From Candidatus Woesearchaeota archaeon (GTDB taxonomy: Archaea > Nanobdellota > Nanobdellia > Woesearchaeales > WJKL01): a stretch of 45,978 nt of DNA. Made by a program: the position numbers and the translations under genes. The notes under the pieces were generated by a model. It was not told the DNA's origin and did not search any database. It was given only the letters and a program-made list of their open reading frames with translations. Below are positions 26,199 through 36,149 of this stretch, piece by piece. The stretch spans positions 1 through 45,978 of the forward strand of contig JAHWIB010000002.1 in NCBI GenBank assembly GCA_019322815.1, given 5' to 3'. The first letter of the stretch is position 1; every line of letters begins with the position of its first letter.

Positions 26199-27008
26199 TT
26201 AAGGAAGGCGAATTGTGTTAAACTCTATAGTATATCTATTATCTCTGTTATGGTCAGAATATAGATGGATACATCCTTCGCTTGGAACTTCAAATGGCCC
26301 GTCTTTTGCAAAACAGGAATTAAATAATCTTTTTGAAAAATAACTGCTGCTTATTACTGCAACTTCTTTTCCTTTAGCTGATTCGTATGCAGCAATTACA
26401 AGCTTTTCTTTAGTATATCTAGGTTTTTTTGGTTTATTTTTAGGAGTAAGTCTTGAGTCTTTTTTTACTTCTTCTGCTCTTGCCAACACAGCTTCAAGCA
26501 AAGAATCATCAAACTCTATTATTCTATCCGCCAGTGCACTATATAAATTAAATATCTGATTAGCATATATTGATAAAATCTTCAATGCTTCTTCTTCTAC
26601 TTCAAAATCTTCATTATTATATTCTGATTTTCTTCTTTTGCTTTTTCTACCTTTTCTTCTTTCAGTAACTCTAATTCTTTTGCGAGATTTTTTTCTACTT
26701 TTCTTGGATTTTATATTTCTTTGATGATAAGCAACTTGGCCATTTAATATATCTGAATAATCTTTAAATTCATCAACAACTTCTTGGATAGTCCAAATGT
26801 TTTCATTGGTATGGATAAGATTTGTTACTTCACTTGTATATCTAATTTTTCTTTGGAGATCATCAGTATCTATTGCAAGCTCTTCATGACAATCATATAT
26901 CTGTTGGGCAATATTATCACTAAAGTCGCGGATAGCAGAATCAACTAAGACAATATCATAATCTCTAGCTATTTTGTCTAGGCTTAATCTATCTTCATCT
27001 TGTACCAT
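26199..27008 (-). CDS. hypothetical protein with a central Lys/Arg/Ser-rich insert
   Basis: 269-aa ORF. The stretch KSKKSRKKSRKRIRVTERRKGRKSKRRKSE splits two acidic/hydrophobic halves. YDIVLVDSAIRD and KEVAVISSS faintly resemble PIN-type strands. Confidence 0.5.
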   Translation of the reverse strand: MVQDEDRLSLDKIARDYDIVLVDSAIRDFSDNIAQQIYDCHEELAIDTDDLQRKIRYTSEVTNLIHTNENIWTIQEVVDEFKDYSDILNGQVAYHQRNIKSKKSRKKSRKRIRVTERRKGRKSKRRKSEYNNEDFEVEEEALKILSIYANQIFNLYSALADRIIEFDDSLLEAVLARAEEVKKDSRLTPKNKPKKPRYTKEKLVIAAYESAKGKEVAVISSSYFSKRLFNSCFAKDGPFEVPSEGCIHLYSDHNRDNRYTIEFNTIRLP

Positions 27009-27102
27009 AAATAGGAATATATTAGAGGTATTTTAAAAAATTTCCATATTTTTAGGTCAGAAAAGGTAAAGATTTAAATATCTTCAATTTTAGGTTATTT
27101 CT

Positions 27103-28587
27103 ATGGCAAAGAAATTTTACATAACAACTGCTATAGCATATCCTAGTTCACGGCCACATTGTGGCCATGCATTGGAAATCATCCAGGCAGATGCAGCTGC
27201 AAGATTTAACAAGCTGCTTGGCAAAGATGTTGTCTTTCAGACAGGAACAGATGAGCATGGAATCAAGAACTGGCAGACAGCGCAAAAACAAAAAAAGGAT
27301 ATAATGGATTTTCTAAATCATAATGTCTCTATCTTTCAAAAGCTATACAAATCACTGAATATCTCTTATGATAGGTTTATAAGAACAACAGATGAAAAGA
27401 CGCATTATCCAGGCGCAGTAAAACTTTGGAAGGAATTAGTCAAATCAGGAGATATCTATAAGAAAAAATACAAAGGACTGTACTGCACAGGCTGCGAATC
27501 ATTCAAGACTGAAAGAGATTTAGTTGATGGAAAATGCACTAATCATCCTACAAGAGATATTGAAAAAGTAGAAGAAGAAAACTATTTTTTTAAATTATCA
27601 AAATATAAGGATAAGGTTGCAGAACTGATTGAAAAAGATGAATACAAAATCATCCCTCATGTAAGAAAAAATGAGATTCTTGAATTCTTGAAAAATGCAA
27701 AAGATATCTCTTTTTCAAGGCCAAAAACTTCTCTGCCTTGGGGGATTCCTGTTCCAGGAGACGAAACCCATGTAATGTATGTCTGGTGTGATGCACTTTC
27801 TAATTATATAACAGGAGCAGGATATGGAAGAGATGAAAAACTGTTCAATCAGGAATGGCCTGCAGATGTCCATATTATTGGAAAAGACATTTTAAGGTTT
27901 CATGCAGCCTTTTGGCCTGCAATGCTGATTTCAGCAAAGGTTCCTTTGCCAAAAGAACTTTTTGTCCATGGTTTTATTCTACTAAAAGGAGCAAAGATGA
28001 GCAAATCCGGAGGAACTGTTGTAGATCCTTTTGATCAAATCAAGAAGTATGGTGTCAGCCAGTTTAGATTTTATATATTAGGAGCAATGCCGATTGATGG
28101 TGATGGAGATTATTCAGAAGAGATTATTAAAAAGAGAATTAATACAGAATTAGTTGGAAATTTTTCAAATTTATGTTATAGGGTTTTGTCTTTTACAGAA
28201 AAAAATTATAATTCTGAAATCAAGGCAATAGATGGAGCAGATGTTATAAAACAAATAGAAGATAAATTTGATGAGATCAGAAAAGCTTATGAAGAATATG
28301 ATTTCAAAAAAGCAGTTGATTTGATAATATCTGTCTCAGCATTAGGAAATAAATATTTCCAGGAAAAAGAACCTTGGAAAAATCCAGCTGAATCGCAGGA
28401 TGTTTTAGGAACATGCGTCAATATTGTAAAGAATTTATCTGTTTTAATAAGGCCGATAATGCCGGAGCTGGCAAAAAAACTTCAAAAACAGCTGAATCTC
28501 AAAGATTTAACCTGGAATGATTTGAATTTTGACTTAAAAAACCATAAAATAGGAAAACCAGAAATTTTGGTTAATAAAATTAAATAA
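27103..28587 (+). CDS. metG: methionyl-tRNA synthetase (core enzyme, no C-terminal tRNA-binding extension)
   Basis: Class I HIGH region AYPSSRPHCGHALE and KMSKS motif GAKMSKSGG. Zinc-knuckle-like CTGCESF...GKCTNHP. WCDALSNY is typical of MetRS. Confidence 0.9.
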   Translation: MAKKFYITTAIAYPSSRPHCGHALEIIQADAAARFNKLLGKDVVFQTGTDEHGIKNWQTAQKQKKDIMDFLNHNVSIFQKLYKSLNISYDRFIRTTDEKTHYPGAVKLWKELVKSGDIYKKKYKGLYCTGCESFKTERDLVDGKCTNHPTRDIEKVEEENYFFKLSKYKDKVAELIEKDEYKIIPHVRKNEILEFLKNAKDISFSRPKTSLPWGIPVPGDETHVMYVWCDALSNYITGAGYGRDEKLFNQEWPADVHIIGKDILRFHAAFWPAMLISAKVPLPKELFVHGFILLKGAKMSKSGGTVVDPFDQIKKYGVSQFRFYILGAMPIDGDGDYSEEIIKKRINTELVGNFSNLCYRVLSFTEKNYNSEIKAIDGADVIKQIEDKFDEIRKAYEEYDFKKAVDLIISVSALGNKYFQEKEPWKNPAESQDVLGTCVNIVKNLSVLIRPIMPELAKKLQKQLNLKDLTWNDLNFDLKNHKIGKPEILVNKIK

Positions 28588-28618
28588 ATTCTTATTTTAT
28601 TCATAAATTTTAGTAACA

Positions 28619-28656
28619 TTTATATATAGGAAGCAATGTTATTCCTTATTGAGGGG
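28619..28656 (+). promoter_or_regulatory. TATA box plus SD upstream of the seven-gene surface operon
   Basis: TTTATATATA at 28619-28628. GAGGGG at 28651-28656, 8 nt before ATG 28665. Confidence 0.5.
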
Positions 28657-28664
28657 TATTAAGT

Positions 28665-30956
28665 ATGCTTAAAAAAAAGGGACAGATTACAATATTTATA
28701 ATTGGAGGGATTATACTTCTATTACTTGTTGCATTATTTCTTTATGTCAGAAGTTTTAGAGTAGAAAAAGTGCCGGCTGCACCAACAGTGGAAGAAGTGC
28801 CAACTCAATTGGATCCTGTAAGAACTTATATGCAGGATTGTTTAAGAGAAACAACTGTCAATGGCTTTAATCTTTTAGGAGCAAGAGCTGGTTATGTAAA
28901 TCCAGAGGAATATGGAATTACATCAAATCCAAATGATCCTACTAGTTCAAATGCTGTTTCTTTTTTTCCAGATGATCCTAATTCACCTCCTGTTGCTTAC
29001 TGGCAGTATTTTAAAAGCAGGAACACATGCCTTGAAAATTGTGCATGCGGAAGCAAACAGCCTCCATTATGCAAGCCTGACAGAAAAGACTGCTTTTCCA
29101 GAGGAGAAAATTCTATAGAAGCACAGCTTGAAAATTATATAGCAGATAATATTGGATTTTGTATTAAGAATTTTGCAGATTTAGCTGAGCAGGGCTTTCA
29201 AATTGAGGAAACTGGAGAGATAGAGCCAGAAGTAACAATAACAAAATCAGCTGTTAGAGTCTATCTAAGATATCCTTTGCAGACAGAAAAAGAAGATACA
29301 AAAGAAACAATTCCTGATTTTTATACAGAGCTTCAGTTTAATTTTATGAAGATTTATGAATTTGCCTCTCAGATAGCAAAAGCTAAACAGCTTTATCATT
29401 TCTTTGAAAGATGGACGATGACTATTATTGAAGGAGTAGGAGGTTTAAATTCAGCAATCCCAAAAACTTATTCTGTTGATTTTAGTCCAGGAACAACAGA
29501 GAGGTGGAGTAAATCTAAGATTAAAGAGCAGATTACAAATAATATCCTCCCAGGATATACTTCTGTTCTTAGAGTCTATAATACCCAGAATTTTAGACCG
29601 ATGACATTTCAAAACGAAATTGCAACAGGAATATACAGATACAGAGACCTTCCGATTGGAAGCACGCAGGATTTTAGTTTTTCTGATTTAAAGGTAAATT
29701 TCCATTATTTTCCTCACTGGCCTATTTATTTTGAGATGGATGGAAGAGGAGTAGAAGGAGATCTTATCACAGCAGAGCAAGGGAGCGCATTTGAAACATT
29801 CTTTTCATGGCTTGGCTTAAAAAGATACCAGTATTATTATGATATCTCTTATCCAGTTATTGTTGAAATAACAGATAATACACAGAAAGCAAAAAATATT
29901 TTCGGCCCAAACGGATATAAATTTCAGTTTGCCTTAGAGGCAAATATAAGAGATAATGAAGAATTGAACTGTTCAGGCCCTGGCCTTGTTTTGACTACTA
30001 AACCATTATCTTCAAACCTATGCAAACAGATCCATTTCAAAAGCGGAGACACTATAATTGAAACCCGCGACGATCAAGGCAATCCAGTGCCTGATGTTTA
30101 TATAATATATCAATGCGGAAAACAAACAGGATGCAGCATAGGTTATACAGAGATTGAGACAAACAGTTCTTCTCCTTATTTTGGCAGAGCAATTTTATCT
30201 ACAAAATTGCCCTATCCTTGTGTAGGAGGATATTTAACAGCAAAAAAACATCATTATTTTATGGACCCTCTGCAGTATAATACAGCTCCTGTAAGAAATG
30301 ACAGCATTGTGCTTGAACTAATGAAAGTAAGAACAGTAAATGCAGCTGTAGCTAAACTAAGAGTAATAAAATCAATGGATGACTGGCAGGCAGCTCCTGG
30401 ATTTAGTAATTTACTTCCAAATGAACAGGCAGTGATCACATTAGAAAGAATAAGACCAAATTTTGCTGCTGAAGATTTTACAAAAGTTGTTTCTGTTGAA
30501 GGAAACACACCTTCAAGAGTTGACTTAATACCAGGAGACTATAAAATCAGCGGATTATTAGTATATAATTTGCCTGCTTTAAATAGAAATGAGATTGTAT
30601 TTAAAGATGAATATGAATGTGCAGGCCTGGAGATGGGAGATATATGCCTTGGAGATACAGTAACCCTTCATATAGACCCATTTAATGATTCTTTTATGGA
30701 AGGAGGGATTGAACTTGAAAATATTAATATTCCTGCTTCTTATTTAGATAATTATGATACTCTTTATTTTAAGGTTGTTTCAATTCCAGACAGCAGCAGT
30801 TTTAACTTATTGTCATTCAGCGATATAGAACTGATGGGCCAGTACAGCACTTGGTCTGGTAGTCTTGCATCTGAATTACAGCCAGATCCAACTGTATTTA
30901 CTTTTGATTATGCTGCAACAGGAGGAGAAAACCCAATGTGGGAATTAACAGAATGA
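28665..30956 (+). CDS. P1: large extracellular protein with a class III (type IV pilin-like) signal/anchor N-terminus; unknown ectodomain
   Basis: MLKKKGQITIFIIGGIILLLLVALFLYV is a basic stretch, then G-Q, then a hydrophobic helix. The 763-aa Cys-containing ectodomain is a paralog of P5. Confidence 0.8.
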   Translation: MLKKKGQITIFIIGGIILLLLVALFLYVRSFRVEKVPAAPTVEEVPTQLDPVRTYMQDCLRETTVNGFNLLGARAGYVNPEEYGITSNPNDPTSSNAVSFFPDDPNSPPVAYWQYFKSRNTCLENCACGSKQPPLCKPDRKDCFSRGENSIEAQLENYIADNIGFCIKNFADLAEQGFQIEETGEIEPEVTITKSAVRVYLRYPLQTEKEDTKETIPDFYTELQFNFMKIYEFASQIAKAKQLYHFFERWTMTIIEGVGGLNSAIPKTYSVDFSPGTTERWSKSKIKEQITNNILPGYTSVLRVYNTQNFRPMTFQNEIATGIYRYRDLPIGSTQDFSFSDLKVNFHYFPHWPIYFEMDGRGVEGDLITAEQGSAFETFFSWLGLKRYQYYYDISYPVIVEITDNTQKAKNIFGPNGYKFQFALEANIRDNEELNCSGPGLVLTTKPLSSNLCKQIHFKSGDTIIETRDDQGNPVPDVYIIYQCGKQTGCSIGYTEIETNSSSPYFGRAILSTKLPYPCVGGYLTAKKHHYFMDPLQYNTAPVRNDSIVLELMKVRTVNAAVAKLRVIKSMDDWQAAPGFSNLLPNEQAVITLERIRPNFAAEDFTKVVSVEGNTPSRVDLIPGDYKISGLLVYNLPALNRNEIVFKDEYECAGLEMGDICLGDTVTLHIDPFNDSFMEGGIELENINIPASYLDNYDTLYFKVVSIPDSSSFNLLSFSDIELMGQYSTWSGSLASELQPDPTVFTFDYAATGGENPMWELTE

Positions 30957-33900
30957 AATTGAAAAAAATATCAGCAATATTTGTGATGGTTTTGATACTC
31001 TGCATACCTGTCTCTTTTGCAGTAAATGTAAGCATAACAAGCAGCGCAGGCGATGATGATGGTATTGAAGGATTATTTGACGGCTATTCAGATCAATGGA
31101 ACATTGAAGTAAGAGCAGAGCTTGGCGGCACTGAAGTCAGACCGGAATATGTAACAGCCCAGTTTGCCAGAAGCACGCTCCCATTTGACCAGTGCACTGA
31201 AATAGCAAGTCCTTTTTATTCATGCAGCCTGATATTTCCTAAAGATCCAGCATCTTTTCCAGAGAATGAATTAGTTCTTCCAATTATCTTGAAACATCCA
31301 GTTACAGGAGCAATAGCAGAAGCAGTTCCTCCAGCCAGAATTGGTATAGACGCACATCCGCCTATAGTAACAATCCACAGCGTATCGCAGCAAGGTTATG
31401 ATACTGTTATGGATCTAGAGATTAGAGACGGCGGCAGCAGAGTATGTTCTGTTGATTTAATTGAGTTCTATGACGGAAATTTTAGAGTGCTGCAGCATAA
31501 TGTAGATGTAACAGACTGCAGTTCATGGCGCAATCAAACATTTATAATTCCTCTTACAGATATAGGAACAACCTTAAAATCAATAAGAGTAGTTGCTCAT
31601 GATTTGGTCGGTCATTCAGGAGATGATATCAGTGATACATTTACTCTTGATCATACGTCTCCTGTAATTGATGCAGACAGTTTTAGATTTACTGCACTAG
31701 GTCAAGACCAATATGCACCAACCACCCCAATACAGACATCAATAGCAATAGATGTAACAGAAGAGCAGACAACACCAGGCATTGCAGAGCCATTGATTGT
31801 TACAGCAGATTTTTCATCATTAGGGCTTTCATCAGCAGAAATCGCCAGTTGTGTTCTAGCTGATTCTATCACAGGAAAATATACATGCACATGGAGCCAA
31901 AAAACAATTACAATACCCTCAAGCTTTACAGTGACTATAACAGCAGAAGATAATGGTGGAATGGATTTTACTAAAGTTATATCAAAAGGTTTTACAGTTG
32001 ACAGCACAGCACCAGATGCAGTTTATTTAGGAGGAAATGAAAGTGCATATGTTGTTACAGGCAAGCCAAATACTTTAAGAGCAACATTTAGAGAAGCACA
32101 AAGCGGAGTTACTGCAGAAAATGTCTTTTTAGATATCAGGGGAATAAATCCTAGCGGCTCATTTAATTTAGAAGCAAGTGAATGTGTTCAAGAAGGAGAA
32201 TTCTGGCATTGTTTTTGGTATAATGTAATAGCAACACAAGCAGGGACAATAACTCTTGTCCAGGTAAAAGATAATGCAAATAATTATGCTATTAATCTGC
32301 CTAGCGCTTCATTGAGCGTTGATACAGACTCTCCTGTTATAGAAAGCATTGAAATTCTTTCATTAAGCGATGTCGGGCGTGTTCCTTATCACCAAGAAGG
32401 AGATTATCTAGAAATAACAGCTGTTGTCAATGATATCAGCGGAATTAAAGCAGCAGCTGATTTCAGGCATGTTATCTCAAATATCGGCAAAGTAGAAGCT
32501 GACTGCCAGGAAACATCTGATGAACAATGGACTTGTGTATGGTCTGGCATAGGTCCCTTGATATCAGTAGCTTCAAGGCAGAGAAGAAATATAGATTTTA
32601 TATTTACTGATTTAGTTGGGAATTCTGTATCAGAAACAGAACCTATTGATATAATTGATATAGGTCTTCCAGAAACAGAACCAGACTATTGGTCAAGCGA
32701 AGCCAGCCCGTCACTGCCAAATATAGACAGGCGGCTAGTGTCTAGAATATTTCCTTATGTATTTGCTCCAGTACATTTAAATCCAGTAGTTTCAGGTTCA
32801 GATCCTTCAAATAAATGGCCTTTACTGGTTACTGATATTCAATGCCCGTCTGATTTTGTAACAACAGCTGAAATATTTAATTATAACAATCCTTTGCCTT
32901 CAATAGGATCTACATTTCCTTATTCATTCTATGCAAAATTAAATCTTGCACAAGCAGCTCCTGAATCTGATGAATTAATTATTCCTTGTACATTTAAGGT
33001 AATGTCTTATATCTATGGAAGAGCTTTGCCAAATCCAGAAATAGAAAATGTAAATGTCACTGTAAATTATTATCAAAATCCATTAGGAGAGGTTGGAGAT
33101 GAAGTCCAAGGAGAGATAGATGAAATTAAAGACAGCTGGCTTGTAGAGGCAGAATGGCTTGATATTGTTGAAGATATCTTGATATTTTCAGAAGCAATCT
33201 GCAAAGCGATGAAGATATTGAATGATATAAATACAGTGTGGACAGCAGGTGTAGATGTTATTAATAACTGTTGCTATACTGTCTATGCTTCAGCTGCTTG
33301 CTGTCCGTTAAAAGCTAGCCAAGGAGCAGCAACCTCAGCTTCAAAAAATGCTTTAGATAGTGTATATAAAGGTGCAGGCGGAAAAGGAATGAATAAATTT
33401 TGCAGAGTAATAAACTGCCAGCTATGGAATATAAAAGATGGAGATGCAGCTAAAAGCGCTTGGGACAGCTGGGTTGACTGGGCAGCAGAAACATCTGGCA
33501 GCAACAGAGGGTATTTTGGAAATGTCAAGCCAGAAGACAGCCTTATATTATCAATCGTATTCCTTTGCCTAAAAGGAGTTATTTATAATCTGCAGAAAGC
33601 AAGGCAGATTGACTGCAGATATGCTTATTGCTTGGAACAGACTTCTTCAGGAGTTCCAGTAAGCTTGTGTGTTCAGCAAAGAGCATTTGCATTATGCAAG
33701 TATGTCTTTAACCAGATATTTAATTTAATACCTTTTGCAGCTGTTATTTCAGATATAGCAGAAGCAATTGGAAGGGCACTGGCAAATCCATGGGTAATGG
33801 GAGAGATAGCATTGAAAGCAACATGCAGATATGCTATCTGTGATATTCCAGGAGTTGCAGGATGCAAATTTTGTTCAGTAGTTGAATATGCCAGCTGGCT

Positions 33901-34030
33901 TTTAGAAACACTATGTGATTTAGGAATAAGTCTTGGAGAAGGCGAGTGCAAGCCATTCTGGGAGACAGTTGATCCAATTCCTGAAAATTATTGCCATAAG
34001 ATAGGAATAGACCCTTATGATGATGAATAA
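30953..34030 (+). CDS. P2: secreted giant protein with an Ig-like domain array and a Cys-rich helical core; paralog of P6
   Basis: ATG 30953 overlaps the P1 stop (ATGA). GTG 30938 is an alternative start. Signal MKLKKISAIFVMVLILCIPVSFA. Repeated D-x-x-x-P-x-I domain starts (DAHPPIV, DHTSPVI, DSTAPDA, DTDSPVI). The C-terminal ~330 aa carry many Cys. Confidence 0.8.
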   Translation: MKLKKISAIFVMVLILCIPVSFAVNVSITSSAGDDDGIEGLFDGYSDQWNIEVRAELGGTEVRPEYVTAQFARSTLPFDQCTEIASPFYSCSLIFPKDPASFPENELVLPIILKHPVTGAIAEAVPPARIGIDAHPPIVTIHSVSQQGYDTVMDLEIRDGGSRVCSVDLIEFYDGNFRVLQHNVDVTDCSSWRNQTFIIPLTDIGTTLKSIRVVAHDLVGHSGDDISDTFTLDHTSPVIDADSFRFTALGQDQYAPTTPIQTSIAIDVTEEQTTPGIAEPLIVTADFSSLGLSSAEIASCVLADSITGKYTCTWSQKTITIPSSFTVTITAEDNGGMDFTKVISKGFTVDSTAPDAVYLGGNESAYVVTGKPNTLRATFREAQSGVTAENVFLDIRGINPSGSFNLEASECVQEGEFWHCFWYNVIATQAGTITLVQVKDNANNYAINLPSASLSVDTDSPVIESIEILSLSDVGRVPYHQEGDYLEITAVVNDISGIKAAADFRHVISNIGKVEADCQETSDEQWTCVWSGIGPLISVASRQRRNIDFIFTDLVGNSVSETEPIDIIDIGLPETEPDYWSSEASPSLPNIDRRLVSRIFPYVFAPVHLNPVVSGSDPSNKWPLLVTDIQCPSDFVTTAEIFNYNNPLPSIGSTFPYSFYAKLNLAQAAPESDELIIPCTFKVMSYIYGRALPNPEIENVNVTVNYYQNPLGEVGDEVQGEIDEIKDSWLVEAEWLDIVEDILIFSEAICKAMKILNDINTVWTAGVDVINNCCYTVYASAACCPLKASQGAATSASKNALDSVYKGAGGKGMNKFCRVINCQLWNIKDGDAAKSAWDSWVDWAAETSGSNRGYFGNVKPEDSLILSIVFLCLKGVIYNLQKARQIDCRYAYCLEQTSSGVPVSLCVQQRAFALCKYVFNQIFNLIPFAAVISDIAEAIGRALANPWVMGEIALKATCRYAICDIPGVAGCKFCSVVEYASWLLETLCDLGISLGEGECKPFWETVDPIPENYCHKIGIDPYDDE

Positions 34031-34034
34031 TAAA

Positions 34035-36146
34035 ATGAAACACATAAAAATATTTGCAATAACATTTGTAATGATTTTATTAGTCTTAAATATCTCTTTT
34101 GGTAAAGATACTACATCAAGCACATTTGATACTAGAAATCCTCAAAATACTAGATACTATTATGATGATGAGTTTCATAGTGAAAAACCATCAAGAGGAG
34201 GATATTATGAAATAACTAGAGATAATGACAACAATGAATGGGATGTAGTTCAATACAATACTCAAGGACAAGCGACTAATTCATACAGCTCTACTCAAGA
34301 TTCACCACCCTCTCCAACAAAACCTGGGGAATGGACTCAGACAGGCAGATATTTTGATGCTAGAGATCTAAATGGTGACAAAGATACAACTGATCCTGGA
34401 GAAGCAGCTGGCTTGTATTCTTTTGTAGATCCTGTTAGGGGTTCTGCTGGTGGTTATTTTGACAGGCAGAATAATTATTATGATAGTGGGAGAAATCTTC
34501 AAGGACGAAGCTATGATCCAAAAACAGGCACTTATATTCCAAAAAATAATGATGATATAAGAGTAGATCCTGATGGAAATGTCTTTGTAGATATGAATGG
34601 AGACGGCCAGGTTAATATCAATGATATTGATACAAATAGAGATGGAAAAGTAGACAGCGATGAAAGAGCCCGTGCAACTATTTCATCAAATTATAATCCA
34701 GATACAGGAACATTTACCCATGATAATGATCCTAATATAATTTTTAGTGATGATGGAGAAATAAATGTTTATGGAGAAGAATTTGAAGATACTGTTCTTT
34801 ATCAAGGTGGTTCTTTTAGTTTTGAAGATGTAGATGGAATTGATAGGCATATGGTTCTTGCAGATGGTACAGTTGTTACAGATCCTGCAACAGGTCTGAT
34901 GGCTGATGTATCACCAGATACTTTTGGAGGTTATTATATAGATACTACTCATTTTGGAGGCTACGATTTAGGCGGAACCTTGCCTAGAGATGACACAACA
35001 ACTATCCATTATGTAGCTCAGTCAGATGATAATAATGATGGATATCCTGACAGTTATTTAGGAGTTGTAGACAGAGCTGGCTCTGATATTGTTTTTAATC
35101 CAGATAATCCTTCACAGACCTTTACAATAGAATCAGATGTTGTTGTAGTTGATCCTGATGACCCAACTAATCCTCATATTGTTGTTCAAGGTACAGACGG
35201 CACATTATATGTGATAGATGGTAATGATGATCTTAATGATCTTTTAGAAGGAAGAGGACGCGTACTTGATCCAGAATCAGATGAATATGAAGAATATTTT
35301 GGTGGAGGCCCGATGGGAACATTTCAAGTTTACAGATTTGGAACACAGTTAGATGATTTAGCAGAAGTTGCAGAAGGTTATCCAGGATTTAGCATGTTTT
35401 ATGATGAAGATGAATATAATGACTGGACAGGTCTTTTGGATGATGAATTTGTAAGAACTCTTTTTGGAGGGATGGATTCATGGGCAGATGCTTTCTGCGA
35501 AGAGCGAACATCAGATGTAGGAGGATCAAATGTAGCTACAGGAGCTGAGCCAGGCAGTGCAGCAGCATATGTGTCTGCAGAAGAATATCAGATACCTGAT
35601 CCAACTGATCCAAGCAATACTCAATATCTATATATGATAGAATTTTATGTTTATGCAGGAGAATCACCAGCAGGCTATCCAAATGTTGGATGCACTGATC
35701 TTCATTTTCAGATTCTAAGACAAGGAGTATCACTTTTTGACAACAATGTGACAGGAGCTGCTTATACATGGGAATTAGAAGAAGGAGATGCAATAACCTA
35801 TACTGCAGATGCTATGTGGTTTGGTACAGGCACTGCAACTCATGTAGGTGAAAATATCTGCATTAAATTTACAACAATGGTTCCAAATGGCTGTATCCCT
35901 GGACTTAGCGAAGGAGATGATCTTTGTGATGCTATTACAATAGCAGCAGAAGAAACATATGATTTTGATTGCGAAGGCTGGTATTGCAGTGAATTTATAG
36001 GATTTTTAACAGGAGTTCCTGGAAGAGATGGATGGTCTTTTGAACTAGATGATGAAGACACAGACGATGCAGAAGCAGGCTCACCAACTCCTTCAGGTGA
36101 TACAACAGATCCAGATTCAGGACAGCCAGTACTTAATCTTGGCTAA
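34035..36146 (+). CDS. P3: secreted Asp/Gly/Tyr-rich protein with tandem Ca-binding-loop motifs
   Basis: Likely start is ATG 34035 (MKHIKIFAITFVMILLVLNISFG). The ORF track starts at 34017. DMNGDGQVNIND and DTNRDGKVDSDE are DxNxDGxxxxxD/E loops. Confidence 0.75.
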   Translation: MKHIKIFAITFVMILLVLNISFGKDTTSSTFDTRNPQNTRYYYDDEFHSEKPSRGGYYEITRDNDNNEWDVVQYNTQGQATNSYSSTQDSPPSPTKPGEWTQTGRYFDARDLNGDKDTTDPGEAAGLYSFVDPVRGSAGGYFDRQNNYYDSGRNLQGRSYDPKTGTYIPKNNDDIRVDPDGNVFVDMNGDGQVNINDIDTNRDGKVDSDERARATISSNYNPDTGTFTHDNDPNIIFSDDGEINVYGEEFEDTVLYQGGSFSFEDVDGIDRHMVLADGTVVTDPATGLMADVSPDTFGGYYIDTTHFGGYDLGGTLPRDDTTTIHYVAQSDDNNDGYPDSYLGVVDRAGSDIVFNPDNPSQTFTIESDVVVVDPDDPTNPHIVVQGTDGTLYVIDGNDDLNDLLEGRGRVLDPESDEYEEYFGGGPMGTFQVYRFGTQLDDLAEVAEGYPGFSMFYDEDEYNDWTGLLDDEFVRTLFGGMDSWADAFCEERTSDVGGSNVATGAEPGSAAAYVSAEEYQIPDPTDPSNTQYLYMIEFYVYAGESPAGYPNVGCTDLHFQILRQGVSLFDNNVTGAAYTWELEEGDAITYTADAMWFGTGTATHVGENICIKFTTMVPNGCIPGLSEGDDLCDAITIAAEETYDFDCEGWYCSEFIGFLTGVPGRDGWSFELDDEDTDDAEAGSPTPSGDTTDPDSGQPVLNLG

Positions 36147-36149
36147 AAA

